From positions 12,269 to 76,268 of the forward strand of contig JBLNCF010000015.1 of NCBI GenBank assembly GCA_050260455.1: a stretch of 64,000 bases of DNA, written 5' to 3'. A model generated the notes under the pieces. The model saw only the letters and a list, made by a program, of their open reading frames with translations, did not search any database and had not been told where the DNA came from. The stretch comes from Bacillota bacterium. Its GTDB lineage: Bacteria; Patescibacteriota; Minisyncoccia; Phycocordibacterales; Phycocordibacteraceae. Position numbers and translations under genes: made by a program. Shown one piece after another: positions 53,845 to 63,362 of the stretch (positions within the stretch are counted from its first letter, which is position 1; each line of letters starts with the position of its first letter).

Positions 53845-55716
53845 TTATTTCACATTCCCGTCCTCTGCGCTATAGGCCGGATCGCTCGAAGTCTGGGTGG
53901 TGAGTTCGCGCACACTGCCCGAAATGGTCCGCTGCGTGAATCGATCCACGGCAGTCACCTGTTGGGCAGAAAGGAGTACTGGGCTCGTTCCCTGCTGCGA
54001 GACGCTCGGGATGAAAGATATCTGGAACGCAGCCGACTTGTTCGAACCCGAGGAAACATCCCCGGCACTCCAGGTGACAGTACGAGTTGCTTCGTTATAG
54101 CTAACGGAGCCAGTACCGCTCGTAGCACCGGTGAATGTTACATACGGGGGGAGCGCCGCGGAGACGGTCGCCGCTGCAACATCGTTGCCGGAATTATTCA
54201 GTGTGTACACCACCGTGTACGTCGTCGGCTGGTTAACTTCCGGCGGCCATGGTCCGGTATTTGCGAACGGCCCCGTCGTATGCACGATACGCGAATTAAG
54301 CGTGAGACTCGTACCCACCTTAACGGTGCGCGTAAGTGTCGAAGAAATGGTTTCCGGAACATTAGCTTCACTCAAGCGCTGTCCGGCGACCGACACTCGC
54401 ATGACCACAGTAGGAGCACCGAGAGAAAGCGCGCTTCGTTTTGCCGTAAAGGTGAAGGTTCCCTGCCCGGTATCGCCTGGCTGAAGATTGGCAAGCGCAG
54501 GATTAGTGCTGGGATCAAAGATAACCGTCCGGTCGCTTGAGCTGTAGAAGCCGTTTCCGGCGACAACTGCTGACGGATCGAGTGCATTGCCTGACAGCGC
54601 TACAGTAACCCGCGCATTGGATACCGGCGCAGCAAGAGTGTTCGTCCAGGAGACGGTTACCTGCACCGGCACACCCGCATCCACAACGGGTGCATCCGAG
54701 GTGTCGTGATTCACCGAGATTGAGGTAGCCAGGAATGGCTTCGTGAGTTTTATGGTCGCGTCCTTGCTGGTATACGTTGCGGCAAACGTATTTGATGCAG
54801 GATCAGTTAATGTTCCAGCACTGAATTTAAATACACGCTCGTCGTTATTTTCTCCTGACACCACACCGATCAACGTGATGTGTCGCTGTTCACCAGGATT
54901 AAGCGTGCCAAAGGAGAAGACAGAACCGGTAGATGGCTGGGGATTCGCCGAAGTCAGGGTGAAACCGAATGGGTACTCTGCCGAAACCGCTACCGCGTTC
55001 AGGGGCGTTGTGGCGTTGCTGCGTACCGTTACATCAACAGTGACGCTCTGTCCTGAAGATACCTGGGATACGGACGAGACATCGAGTGAAAGCGGCGACG
55101 TCGTAATGGTGAAGTCATATTGCTTATGCTTCACAAAGACCGAGTTGCTGTTCCCGGTCTTGTATTCAAGCTTCACTGGAAGCGCTATGTGCTGTCCTTC
55201 GCTCCCGAAGATAACTGCTCGGACCGTACGCTGCTCTTTGCCGCCAGAATCTATAGTCCCCAAATCCTCCCGGTAAGTGGAATATGGTTGCGACACGTCA
55301 TCGGCAGACTTGGTGCCTTCAGGGAAATCGATGGTCAACGTCGCGTGCTGGATGGCGACGGGATTACGATTCTCGATCGTAATAAGGAGAGGCACCGAAT
55401 CGCCACTCGCAATAGTGGTCGGACCCTGTACGGCAATGTTCACGTTATTGGTGGAAACAATGCGACCGCCATAGAGGAGGTAGAAGGTAGCGCCCCCTGC
55501 CGTAAGTAGGAAGAATCCGAGCGCGACAATGAAAAAGCGTGCGGGGCCCGAAATATGCTCGGCTTCCTTCTGCAGGACTTTCACTCGCTCCCAGCCGCGC
55601 GCACGCTCGACCGGTCGTTCAGAAAGCGCTGGTTCACGAAAAGGTGCCGCCGCGTTCGGGTCATAGAGCCGCTCGCGCACCTTCTCAAGAGAACTAAGTT
55701 CCTCGTTCTCATCCAT
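53845..55716 (-). CDS. Large membrane-anchored surface protein with repeated Ig-like/DUF11-like beta-sandwich domains; start taken at Met3.
   Basis: Short cytoplasmic N-terminus, a transmembrane helix FFIVALGFFLLTAGGATFYLLY, then about 540 aa of Thr/Ser/Val-rich repeated beta segments. It sits between recO and glyQS on the same strand. Confidence 0.5.
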   Translation of the reverse strand: MDENEELSSLEKVRERLYDPNAAAPFREPALSERPVERARGWERVKVLQKEAEHISGPARFFIVALGFFLLTAGGATFYLLYGGRIVSTNNVNIAVQGPTTIASGDSVPLLITIENRNPVAIQHATLTIDFPEGTKSADDVSQPYSTYREDLGTIDSGGKEQRTVRAVIFGSEGQHIALPVKLEYKTGNSNSVFVKHKQYDFTITTSPLSLDVSSVSQVSSGQSVTVDVTVRSNATTPLNAVAVSAEYPFGFTLTSANPQPSTGSVFSFGTLNPGEQRHITLIGVVSGENNDERVFKFSAGTLTDPASNTFAATYTSKDATIKLTKPFLATSISVNHDTSDAPVVDAGVPVQVTVSWTNTLAAPVSNARVTVALSGNALDPSAVVAGNGFYSSSDRTVIFDPSTNPALANLQPGDTGQGTFTFTAKRSALSLGAPTVVMRVSVAGQRLSEANVPETISSTLTRTVKVGTSLTLNSRIVHTTGPFANTGPWPPEVNQPTTYTVVYTLNNSGNDVAAATVSAALPPYVTFTGATSGTGSVSYNEATRTVTWSAGDVSSGSNKSAAFQISFIPSVSQQGTSPVLLSAQQVTAVDRFTQRTISGSVRELTTQTSSDPAYSAEDGNVK

Positions 55717-55738
55717 GGGCACCAGTATACCGTACGTC

Positions 55739-56299
55739 CTACAGACTCGAAGCCGCGATACCGCGATTAATACGAGAAATAATATGAGCGCGCCGTTCGG
55801 TCACATACACACGCGCATCTGGGCCATACCCCGGGGGCGGCAGTTCTCCGGCGTCGAGACCAAGGGCAGAAAGGAGTCGCAACACCACCAGAGACTCAAC
55901 AGCCTCCCCTTCTTCTGACGGAGCCTCTCCGAGTGCGAGTAGAAACTCGGTGAACGAAGTGTGGAGTGATGGATCATCGGATTCTCCATGTACAAGTCGG
56001 AGTAGCAGTCCCGAAACCCGTGCGATACGAGCCCGTGCTTCCTGACCCAGCCCCACAAAACGATCTTCGGCGAGCACCGCACCCGTAACACGCCACCCCT
56101 CTTTGCCTCGCACGAGCATGATGTCGGATTCGTTGAGCGCCTGGAGTGCGTGCGCAAGCTTCGCACCCGAGCGGCGCACACCTTCCGCCCTTGCACGGAT
56201 AAGTCCCAATTCTGGAGTAAGCAGTGTCACAAGCATGCCCGCTTCCGCGATTGGCACGCGGGCAAGGACGAGCGCGGGCGTGGCGTATTTATGACGCAT
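55739..56299 (-). CDS. recO: DNA repair protein RecO; start taken at Met29, which overlaps the ileS stop by about 11 nt.
   Basis: ATPALVLARVPIAEAGMLVTLLTPELGLIRARAEGVRRSGAKLAHALQ is an N-terminal OB-fold RecO signature. Length is about 186 aa. Confidence 0.65.
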   Translation of the reverse strand: MRHKYATPALVLARVPIAEAGMLVTLLTPELGLIRARAEGVRRSGAKLAHALQALNESDIMLVRGKEGWRVTGAVLAEDRFVGLGQEARARIARVSGLLLRLVHGESDDPSLHTSFTEFLLALGEAPSEEGEAVESLVVLRLLSALGLDAGELPPPGYGPDARVYVTERRAHIISRINRGIAASSL

Positions 56300-59200
56300 C
56301 GACTCGGATGGAGAATCCGATCGGACCGCTTGAGAGTTCCGCGCGGTACTGATCAGCATCAGCGAACGATATAGAAGAGACACCTGTGAGGTTTATACCA
56401 GAGAGAACCTCCTCCCCAGCTGGGCTCACCATGAGGGTCACTGTGTCGCGAGGTGAGAGCCCCAGATCTTTGCGGGCATCAGCAAGCGCGCGCGCAAACT
56501 CTCGCACATCTCCCTCACGTATAAGCTCAGGAGTGAGAGTGGTGTCGAGGGTAAGCGCCTCTGCGTTCATAATGATCTCCTTCACATTTACCTCGTCGGC
56601 AAGCAGCTGCGCGAGCTCCTTAGGAAGTGCCGCGGGTATGGAAAGCGAAGAAAGCGGCTGACGCACCTTCACTCCTGCCTGCTGACGAGCGCGAAGTGCC
56701 TCGGAGGCAAGCTCGCGTACCTGACCCATACCCACCACAAGCTCATTGTCTACGGTTCCTGGCTCATACCAGTCCGCAAGATGCACACTTTCAGGATCGG
56801 TGTCTTCTCGGACCGCTTGATAGGTCCACTCGGCAATAAAGGGGGCGAGCGGTGCCATAAGTACGGCAATCGCCTGGAGTGTGTCACGCAGTGTTGTTAT
56901 GGCAGCAACGTCGCCGTCGCGCACACGGTCGCGCACACGTCGCACATACCATTGCGAAAGATCTTCGATGAGACCGGCAACGGTACGTGCAGCAGTGTAG
57001 AGATCGTAGGCGTCGAGTGCAGCGGTCGCCTGTCCTATGGACTCCGACGTGCGCACTCTCATCCAGGTGTCGATCACTTCTTCTGTACCCTTTCCTTCTG
57101 CACCAGCAAAGAGCTGGTAGAACTTGACGCTGTTCTCGAGCCAGGAAATAACGCGTGCAGCTTCCTTCACCGTTTTCTCGTCGAAGTTCTTGCTGTCGCC
57201 CGGTTGGTTCACGCTGTACATCCAGAACCGAAGCGTGTCGGCGCCATATCGGTCGACCGCCTTCAAAGGCTCGATGACGTTGCCTTTCGATTTACTCATC
57301 TTCTGTCCTTTCTCATCCAGCAAGTGGCCGAGACAAATCACATTTTTGTACGCACGGTCCTTCCCCATAAGGACACCTACCGCAAGCAGGGTGTAGAACC
57401 AGCCGCGAGTTTGGTCGATAGCTTCAGAGATGAAATCGGCTGGAAAACCCTTCTCATCGATCCATTCCTTGTTTTCGAACGGATAGTGGTCCTGCGCAAA
57501 CGGCATGGCGCCCGAGTCAAACCACACGTCCATCACTTCCTTTACGCGGCGAAGTTCATTCCCCGAATCCGCAACAAGTACTACGTCATCAATGTACGGA
57601 CGATGGAGATCGAGTTCGTAATCATCGTTGTGTGGAAGCGGAGTGAACTCGAGCTCAACGGGTTCGCCACATTCAGGATTACATGCACAGCCCATATCCA
57701 TAGAGGCGATCTTATCTGCTCCGACAGCGACAGCTGGGAGCGTCTCAAGCATGATGCCGTGGCTCACGACAAGAATGTTTTCATTTGCGTGCTCACGTTC
57801 GAGGCGGTAGAGGAAGGAACCGAAGCGGGTCTTCGCGTCCTGGTAGCTCTCACCGCCGGGGATTTTATCGTCATACGCCATCGCGTCGCGTCGTTTGATG
57901 AACTCATCGCGTGATGATCCATCGAGGTCTCCGAAGTCGAGCTCACGCAACTGATCATCGAAGATGATGCGAGACCGATCAATGCCGAGCGTGTCAGCAA
58001 CAATTTCTGCAGTTTCCTTCGTTCGCTCGAACGGGGATGCGTAGATGGCAGTGATATCCGTATCCTTAAGTTGCGCAGCCCCCTTCTCTACTTGTGCTCG
58101 CCCCGTCGCAGTGAGCGGCCATTTCTTTGAGTTGGACGCATCAAGCGTATCTCTCGTATTGTTCTCTGCTTCTCCATGACGCATGAGGAAGTAGCGGTTA
58201 CCACTTCGCTTCGTGCGTTCCTTCAATTCATCGACAGAGCCGATAACGAGACGTTCGTTTCCGTCCTCGCTTTCCCATACCGGAAGCGGAGTTCCCCAGT
58301 ACCGTTCGCGAGAGATGGCCCATTCTTTCGCATTAGCGAGCCATTCGCCCATACGGCCGTCACGGATATACGAAGGCTCCCAGTTCACCTGGCCATTCTG
58401 TTCAAGCATCGTCTCGCGCAAGTCCTGCATACGAATGAACCATGAATCGCGTGCGTAGTAGATGAGGCGGTTCTTGCTGCGCCAGCAGTGCGGATAGGAG
58501 TGCTGATAATTCTCCTTTGAGAAAAAGAGTTCGCGTTCCTGCAGGTCCTTGAGAACAGCAATATTCGTTTCCGGTTCGATTACAGATGCACCTTCGAGGA
58601 ATCCTGTGCCAGCGATGAACTTCCCATCCGGAGCAACCAGATGCACCTTCGGCAAACCAAGTGCCTGACCAAGCTCGAAGTCGTCCTGTCCATACATGAC
58701 TGCGGTGTGCACGATGCCCGTACCGTCCTCGGTCGTAACGAAGTCTGCAGGATATACCTGGAAGGCCTTCTCGAATTTCGGTTTCTCACTCTCGGGAGCA
58801 AGCTTCTCGGCAAACGGGTAGAGAGGCTCGTATTCAAGACCCACTAATTCCCTTCCCTTTAGTTCCCTGTCGATGATGAGCGCATTAGGATTAGCGCCTG
58901 CGTGTACGATTGCATTTCTTGCCTTAGCAACAATGACGAGTTTGTTCTCTCCGTCTCGGCAAATCTGATAATCAATATCGGATCCCACGGCGAGAGCAAT
59001 ATTGCCCGGCAGCGTCCAGGGAGTGGTAGTCCATGCGAGTAGGTATACGTCTTCAGAGATACCCAACTTTTCGGAATTCTTAACTTTGAATTTCACCGTG
59101 AGGGAGAGATCTTTCACGTCTTCGTATCCCTGCGCAAGTTCGTGCGAAGAAAGTGCCGTGCCACAAACCGGACACCACGGGAGCACTTTGTAATCCTTAT

Positions 59201-59726
59201 ACAAACGTCCGTCGTCGTGAACCTTCTTCACGATCGAGAAGAGAGATTCCATATACGGGGGATCGAACGTGAAGTACGCATTATCCATATCGACCCAATA
59301 GCCGATGCGTTCGGTGAAACGCTCCCACTCATTGATGTACGTAAAGACGCTTTCCTTGCACTTCTTATTGAATGCGGCGACGCCGTACTCCTCAATATCC
59401 TTCTTGCCGGAGAATCCGAGCTGCTTCTCGACTTCAAGCTCCACCGGGAGACCATGCGTGTCCCAGCCCGCACGGCGCGGCACGCGAAAGCCACGCATAG
59501 TTTTATAGCGAGGTATCGCGTCCTTGAAGGCCCGTGCTTCGAGGTGATGCACGCCGGGCCGGCCATTAGCCGTCGGAGGGCCGTCGTAGAAGATAAACGT
59601 GTTCTTCTCTGATCCCCGCTCAAGGGACTTCTCGAAAATATGATTTTCCTTCCAGAACGCCAGGACTTCCTCCTCCCGCTTGGCGGCTTCGGACTTCTCT
59701 ACCGCATCAGTATCAATATCGGGCAT
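56289..59726 (-). CDS. ileS: Isoleucyl-tRNA synthetase with a roughly 155-aa histidine-phosphatase (phosphoglycerate-mutase-like) domain inserted between the catalytic core and the zinc-knuckle/KMSKS region.
   Basis: 1145 aa. FYDGPPTANGRPGVHH (HIGH-class), the editing domain (WTTTPWTLPGN), and KMSKSKGNVIEP. The inserted segment, residues about 510-665 (nt about 57732-58199), contains RYFLMRHGEAENN (RHG catalytic motif), ASPFERTKETAEIV and ILVVSHGIM (second catalytic His). It is flanked by IleRS-conserved YWGTPLPVW and DLHRPYIDDV...DVWFDSG. Confidence 0.9.
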   Translation of the reverse strand: MPDIDTDAVEKSEAAKREEEVLAFWKENHIFEKSLERGSEKNTFIFYDGPPTANGRPGVHHLEARAFKDAIPRYKTMRGFRVPRRAGWDTHGLPVELEVEKQLGFSGKKDIEEYGVAAFNKKCKESVFTYINEWERFTERIGYWVDMDNAYFTFDPPYMESLFSIVKKVHDDGRLYKDYKVLPWCPVCGTALSSHELAQGYEDVKDLSLTVKFKVKNSEKLGISEDVYLLAWTTTPWTLPGNIALAVGSDIDYQICRDGENKLVIVAKARNAIVHAGANPNALIIDRELKGRELVGLEYEPLYPFAEKLAPESEKPKFEKAFQVYPADFVTTEDGTGIVHTAVMYGQDDFELGQALGLPKVHLVAPDGKFIAGTGFLEGASVIEPETNIAVLKDLQERELFFSKENYQHSYPHCWRSKNRLIYYARDSWFIRMQDLRETMLEQNGQVNWEPSYIRDGRMGEWLANAKEWAISRERYWGTPLPVWESEDGNERLVIGSVDELKERTKRSGNRYFLMRHGEAENNTRDTLDASNSKKWPLTATGRAQVEKGAAQLKDTDITAIYASPFERTKETAEIVADTLGIDRSRIIFDDQLRELDFGDLDGSSRDEFIKRRDAMAYDDKIPGGESYQDAKTRFGSFLYRLEREHANENILVVSHGIMLETLPAVAVGADKIASMDMGCACNPECGEPVELEFTPLPHNDDYELDLHRPYIDDVVLVADSGNELRRVKEVMDVWFDSGAMPFAQDHYPFENKEWIDEKGFPADFISEAIDQTRGWFYTLLAVGVLMGKDRAYKNVICLGHLLDEKGQKMSKSKGNVIEPLKAVDRYGADTLRFWMYSVNQPGDSKNFDEKTVKEAARVISWLENSVKFYQLFAGAEGKGTEEVIDTWMRVRTSESIGQATAALDAYDLYTAARTVAGLIEDLSQWYVRRVRDRVRDGDVAAITTLRDTLQAIAVLMAPLAPFIAEWTYQAVREDTDPESVHLADWYEPGTVDNELVVGMGQVRELASEALRARQQAGVKVRQPLSSLSIPAALPKELAQLLADEVNVKEIIMNAEALTLDTTLTPELIREGDVREFARALADARKDLGLSPRDTVTLMVSPAGEEVLSGINLTGVSSISFADADQYRAELSSGPIGFSIRVDAS

Positions 59727-59813
59727 GATTTCCCTATCCTAGCTTCTCCCTCATGAAAATGGAACGGCCCGGCGCGCGATGCGCCGAGCCTGTGAATGTC
59801 CCTCCTGATCGAG

Positions 59814-60152
59814 TTAGTGTCGCTGGATTTTGGAGCGTTTGCGTTCCATCCGCCTTCGTTCCCGTCTGGACAAACGGTTTGGAGAATCCTGCTCCTCCTC
59901 CCCGGCGTGCTTTCGGGTCTTCCCTTCCATCACCGCCCGTTCGAACGGGATGATGAAGAATGGTTTGTGCTCCTTCCCTTCGACGATCGAAGCCTGGTAG
60001 GCAACGATTTGAGCATTCGCAGTCAGTTCGTCCACGTGCTGATGCTCCGCCTCACGTCGGAGAAACTCAATATCGTTGGCGCAGTCGGCCATCCGAGCGA
60101 GTTCTTGAACACGGGTGCGGGGCGCATCGGCCGAAGTCTCACAAGCGATCAC
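59814..60152 (-). CDS. Hypothetical small protein, 112 aa, with a strongly basic C-terminal tail, between argS and ileS.
   Basis: C-terminus RLSRRERRRMERKRSKIQRH. No domain match. Confidence 0.3.
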   Translation of the reverse strand: MIACETSADAPRTRVQELARMADCANDIEFLRREAEHQHVDELTANAQIVAYQASIVEGKEHKPFFIIPFERAVMEGKTRKHAGEEEQDSPNRLSRRERRRMERKRSKIQRH

Positions 60153-60231
60153 TCGTTCTCTCCCCTATCACACTGCACGGCATGTGCAGCCTGTGGGCTA
60201 CCCTATCGCACCCAGACGCACCCGGCAAGCG

Positions 60232-61911
60232 CTACATTCGCTCGGGTGTGGGTATCGCAAGGAGACGGAGGCCGTTCTCCATGGTCATAGCGAATGCGCG
60301 CGCAAGGGCCAGCTTATATCCTTCGTATTCTCCGCCGATGATACGTTCTTTGGCGTAGAAGGAGTTCCATTCTCCCGCGAGCTGCGTGAGGTATTGCGCA
60401 ACCTTGTGCGGCGCTTCTTCGGCGCATGCGAGCGCAGCCACTTCTGGGAACCGGATTATCACGCGTTCCAGGTCGTACACTTCTTCTGGTGCTCCCGTGT
60501 CCCGTTCTCCTTCTCCAGCCTGCGCAAGCACGGAACGAGCCCGGACGAGTGCGTACTGGAGATAGGGACCCGAGTCACCCTCGAGGGAGAGCGATTTTAC
60601 CGGATCGAAGATGATGTTTGCACCAGGCGCGCTTCGCAAGATCATATATTTAATTGCACCAATCGCCACCGCTTCCGCTATAAGCGGATCTGGATTTTTC
60701 TCGCTTGCGCGGCCAATAACATCCGTAATGAGTTCGGAGGCAGTGATGATATTCCCTTTGCGCGAGGCCATTTTGCCGGTCGTAAGCGTAAGGAAACCGG
60801 TCGCAATGTGACGGGTTTTCTCCGCGATGCGCGGAGCAATCTCCTCGAGAGCAGCCAGCACGGTACGGAACCTTCCCGTCTGCTCGTTACCCGTGACGAT
60901 GATGACCGTGTCATTCGGTATCTTCTCTTCGCGCAAGAAAGCCAGACCAATGTCCTTAGCCTCGTACGTAGGAGTGCCGCGGCTCGTGATGAAGACCATC
61001 GTGTGGACACCTTTTTCTTCGCCATCGTAAATGACCGCTCCGTCACTCTCTTTGAACACGCCTTTTCCTAAACCGTCACGGACAATACGGATTCCTGAAT
61101 CCCCCGTATCGCTATCAAAGAATTCATAGTCGAAATGCGTGTCCACCGTCTTCCATATCCGACGGAACTCTTCCATCGACACTTCGCGTCCCTTGCGCCA
61201 AAGCGCAAGAAGCATGCGCTCCTCGTCAGTGAGTTCCTCGTCCTGTCGAGCTACCACGTCATAGATGCGGGTATTCAAGGCATCGATTTCTGCTTTCGCA
61301 GCTTCGCTCTCTTCGTATGCATTTGCACCCTGGATGTATGCGGCGCCGATTTCTGCAGCGCTCGCCACATCTGTCACACCTTTATTCTGAAGCGCCCACA
61401 AACATTTCGCGACGTTGGGTCCAATATCCCCGCCAAACGTGTCGCGAATGACTGTTGCACCGGAATTCTCAATCAATCTCGATACTGACTCACCGACAAT
61501 GGATCCCATGAGATGGCCAATGTGCATTTCTTTGAATGCATTGGGGTTTGAATATTCTATTGAAACGCGTTTCCCTTCCGCAGCACTACCGCGACCCCAG
61601 CCGCTCCCGAGTTCAGCGACCTCTTTCACTATCCCGGATATGACCGGACGCGCGAGCGTGAAGTTAATGAATCCAGGACCTGCAACCTCGATCGAGGAAA
61701 CCTGATGCGTAAGCGTAGTGCGCAGTGCGAGAACAAGCTCATCGGCGAGCTCGCGTGGATTCTTTCCAAGTGCTTTGGCTGCCGCCATTGCAGCGTTCGT
61801 AGCGTAGTCGCCATGAGCGAGAGTAGCCGGCCACTCCACGACAAATGCAGTGTCTGGCGCTCCCGCAGCGGCAAGCGCTTCGGCAATAGCCTTTCGCAGC
61901 GTTTCTTCCAT
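60232..61911 (-). CDS. argS: Arginyl-tRNA synthetase.
   Basis: 559 aa. HIGHLMGSIVGESV (HIGH) and MASRKGN (KMSK variant). N-terminal Add-1 and C-terminal DALR anticodon-binding regions. Confidence 0.9.
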   Translation of the reverse strand: MEETLRKAIAEALAAAGAPDTAFVVEWPATLAHGDYATNAAMAAAKALGKNPRELADELVLALRTTLTHQVSSIEVAGPGFINFTLARPVISGIVKEVAELGSGWGRGSAAEGKRVSIEYSNPNAFKEMHIGHLMGSIVGESVSRLIENSGATVIRDTFGGDIGPNVAKCLWALQNKGVTDVASAAEIGAAYIQGANAYEESEAAKAEIDALNTRIYDVVARQDEELTDEERMLLALWRKGREVSMEEFRRIWKTVDTHFDYEFFDSDTGDSGIRIVRDGLGKGVFKESDGAVIYDGEEKGVHTMVFITSRGTPTYEAKDIGLAFLREEKIPNDTVIIVTGNEQTGRFRTVLAALEEIAPRIAEKTRHIATGFLTLTTGKMASRKGNIITASELITDVIGRASEKNPDPLIAEAVAIGAIKYMILRSAPGANIIFDPVKSLSLEGDSGPYLQYALVRARSVLAQAGEGERDTGAPEEVYDLERVIIRFPEVAALACAEEAPHKVAQYLTQLAGEWNSFYAKERIIGGEYEGYKLALARAFAMTMENGLRLLAIPTPERM

Positions 61912-61928
61912 ACGCCGACTATAGCAGC

Positions 61929-63224
61929 TTAGAAGGATTCTGGAATCGGGTGCGCTTCGGCCAGTTCCTTGATACGCTTCCCGGCCTTCTCGACCGTCGC
62001 ATCATCGCGATTCTTAAGAATCTCGAGCATGAGCTCGGCCACTTCACGTGATTCGGTCTCTTTGAAACCGCGGGTGGTCATGGCAGGCGTACCGAACCGG
62101 ATACCAGACGGGTCGAACGGTTTACGTTCATCGTTCGCAATACTGTTCTTATTGAGCGTGATGCCAGCACGATCGAGAAGCGTCTCTGCTTCCCCGCCCG
62201 AGATACCCAGCGAACTCCATACGTCGGCAAGGATGAGGTGGTTGTCTGTACCGCCTGTAATGAGTCGTACGCCACCTTCGTTGAAGACGTCTGCCATTGT
62301 TTTCGCGTTTGCGACCACCTGCTCTGCATACACTTTGAACGACGGTTCGCTTGCCTCCCGAAGCGCGACTGCTTTTGCAGCAATTTGATGCATATGCGGA
62401 CCACCCTGAAAGCCGGGAAAAACACTGCGATCAATAAGTGTTGGCAGGTTCTCCATAGTCTTTTCGGGAGCCTTGAGTGGGTTACCCACGACACCCTTTG
62501 AGAGGATCATTGCGCCACGCGGACCACGAAGCGTCTTGTGCGTTGTGGTGGTCATGATGTTGAAACCGTAGTCGAGTGGATTCTTCGCAACACCCCCGGC
62601 GATAAGACCCGCGATATGCGCCACATCTGCCATGGCGACCGCATCCACTTCCCGGGCAATAGCAGCGATGCGCTCCCAATCGAGCTCACGCGGATATCCG
62701 GAGAACCCGGCGAGCACGATCTTCGGACGCTCGCGCTTGGCGGTTTCAAACATCTGATCGTAATCAATCTCGCCCGTGTCCGGGTCTTTCATGCCGTATC
62801 GCACGAAATTGAACAGCTTGGTCATGTAGGTGACCGGAGATCCATGCGTCAGGTGGCCGCCATGAGCCAGATCCATACCGAGCACGGTGTCACCTGGTTC
62901 AAGCCAGGCAAAGTACGCGGCGATGTTTGCCGCTGCTCCTCCGAGCGGCTGCACGTTTGCATGATCTGCACGAAAGAGAGTTTTGGCACGTTCGATTGCG
63001 AGAGTCTCTATCTGATCGGTAAACTCCTGACCGCCGTAGTAACGCTTGCCGGGGTAGCCTTCGGAATACTTGTTCGTGAGCGCAGACGACATCGCCTCGC
63101 GTACGGCCTGCGATACGTAGTTCTCGGAAGGAATGAGTTCGAGTCCCTCGGCCTGGCGCGTCTCTTCGCCCTCAAGGAGTGCGTTGAGTTCAGGATCTTC
63201 AGAATGGATATGGGGGTACGGCAT
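61929..63224 (-). CDS. glyA: Serine hydroxymethyltransferase.
   Basis: 431 aa. LELIPSENYVSQAVREAMSSALTNKYSEGYPGKRYYGG and the PLP-lysine motif TTTTHKTLRGPRG. Confidence 0.95.
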   Translation of the reverse strand: MPYPHIHSEDPELNALLEGEETRQAEGLELIPSENYVSQAVREAMSSALTNKYSEGYPGKRYYGGQEFTDQIETLAIERAKTLFRADHANVQPLGGAAANIAAYFAWLEPGDTVLGMDLAHGGHLTHGSPVTYMTKLFNFVRYGMKDPDTGEIDYDQMFETAKRERPKIVLAGFSGYPRELDWERIAAIAREVDAVAMADVAHIAGLIAGGVAKNPLDYGFNIMTTTTHKTLRGPRGAMILSKGVVGNPLKAPEKTMENLPTLIDRSVFPGFQGGPHMHQIAAKAVALREASEPSFKVYAEQVVANAKTMADVFNEGGVRLITGGTDNHLILADVWSSLGISGGEAETLLDRAGITLNKNSIANDERKPFDPSGIRFGTPAMTTRGFKETESREVAELMLEILKNRDDATVEKAGKRIKELAEAHPIPESF

Positions 63225-63362
63225 GGTGAAAGTAATTAGCGGATAGTGAGCGGAATCCGTGCGCGTTACACCATAAGCCTCGGGTTGATGTCTCCATGGT
63301 ACCTCCCTCCTCCGTTCACTCCAACCCCATCTTCATATTGGAGAATGCAGTATCCTCCAAGT

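Noticed and set aside
52497-53903. 468-aa plus-strand ORF.
   Set aside because: Antisense to glyQS and the start of the downstream surface protein. No domain signature.
56781-57914. 377-aa plus-strand ORF, with smaller ORFs at 59142..59612 and 58176..58445.
   Set aside because: Antisense to ileS, which has clear HIGH-class and KMSKS motifs and an editing domain.
60115-61071. 318-aa plus-strand ORF.
   Set aside because: Antisense to argS.
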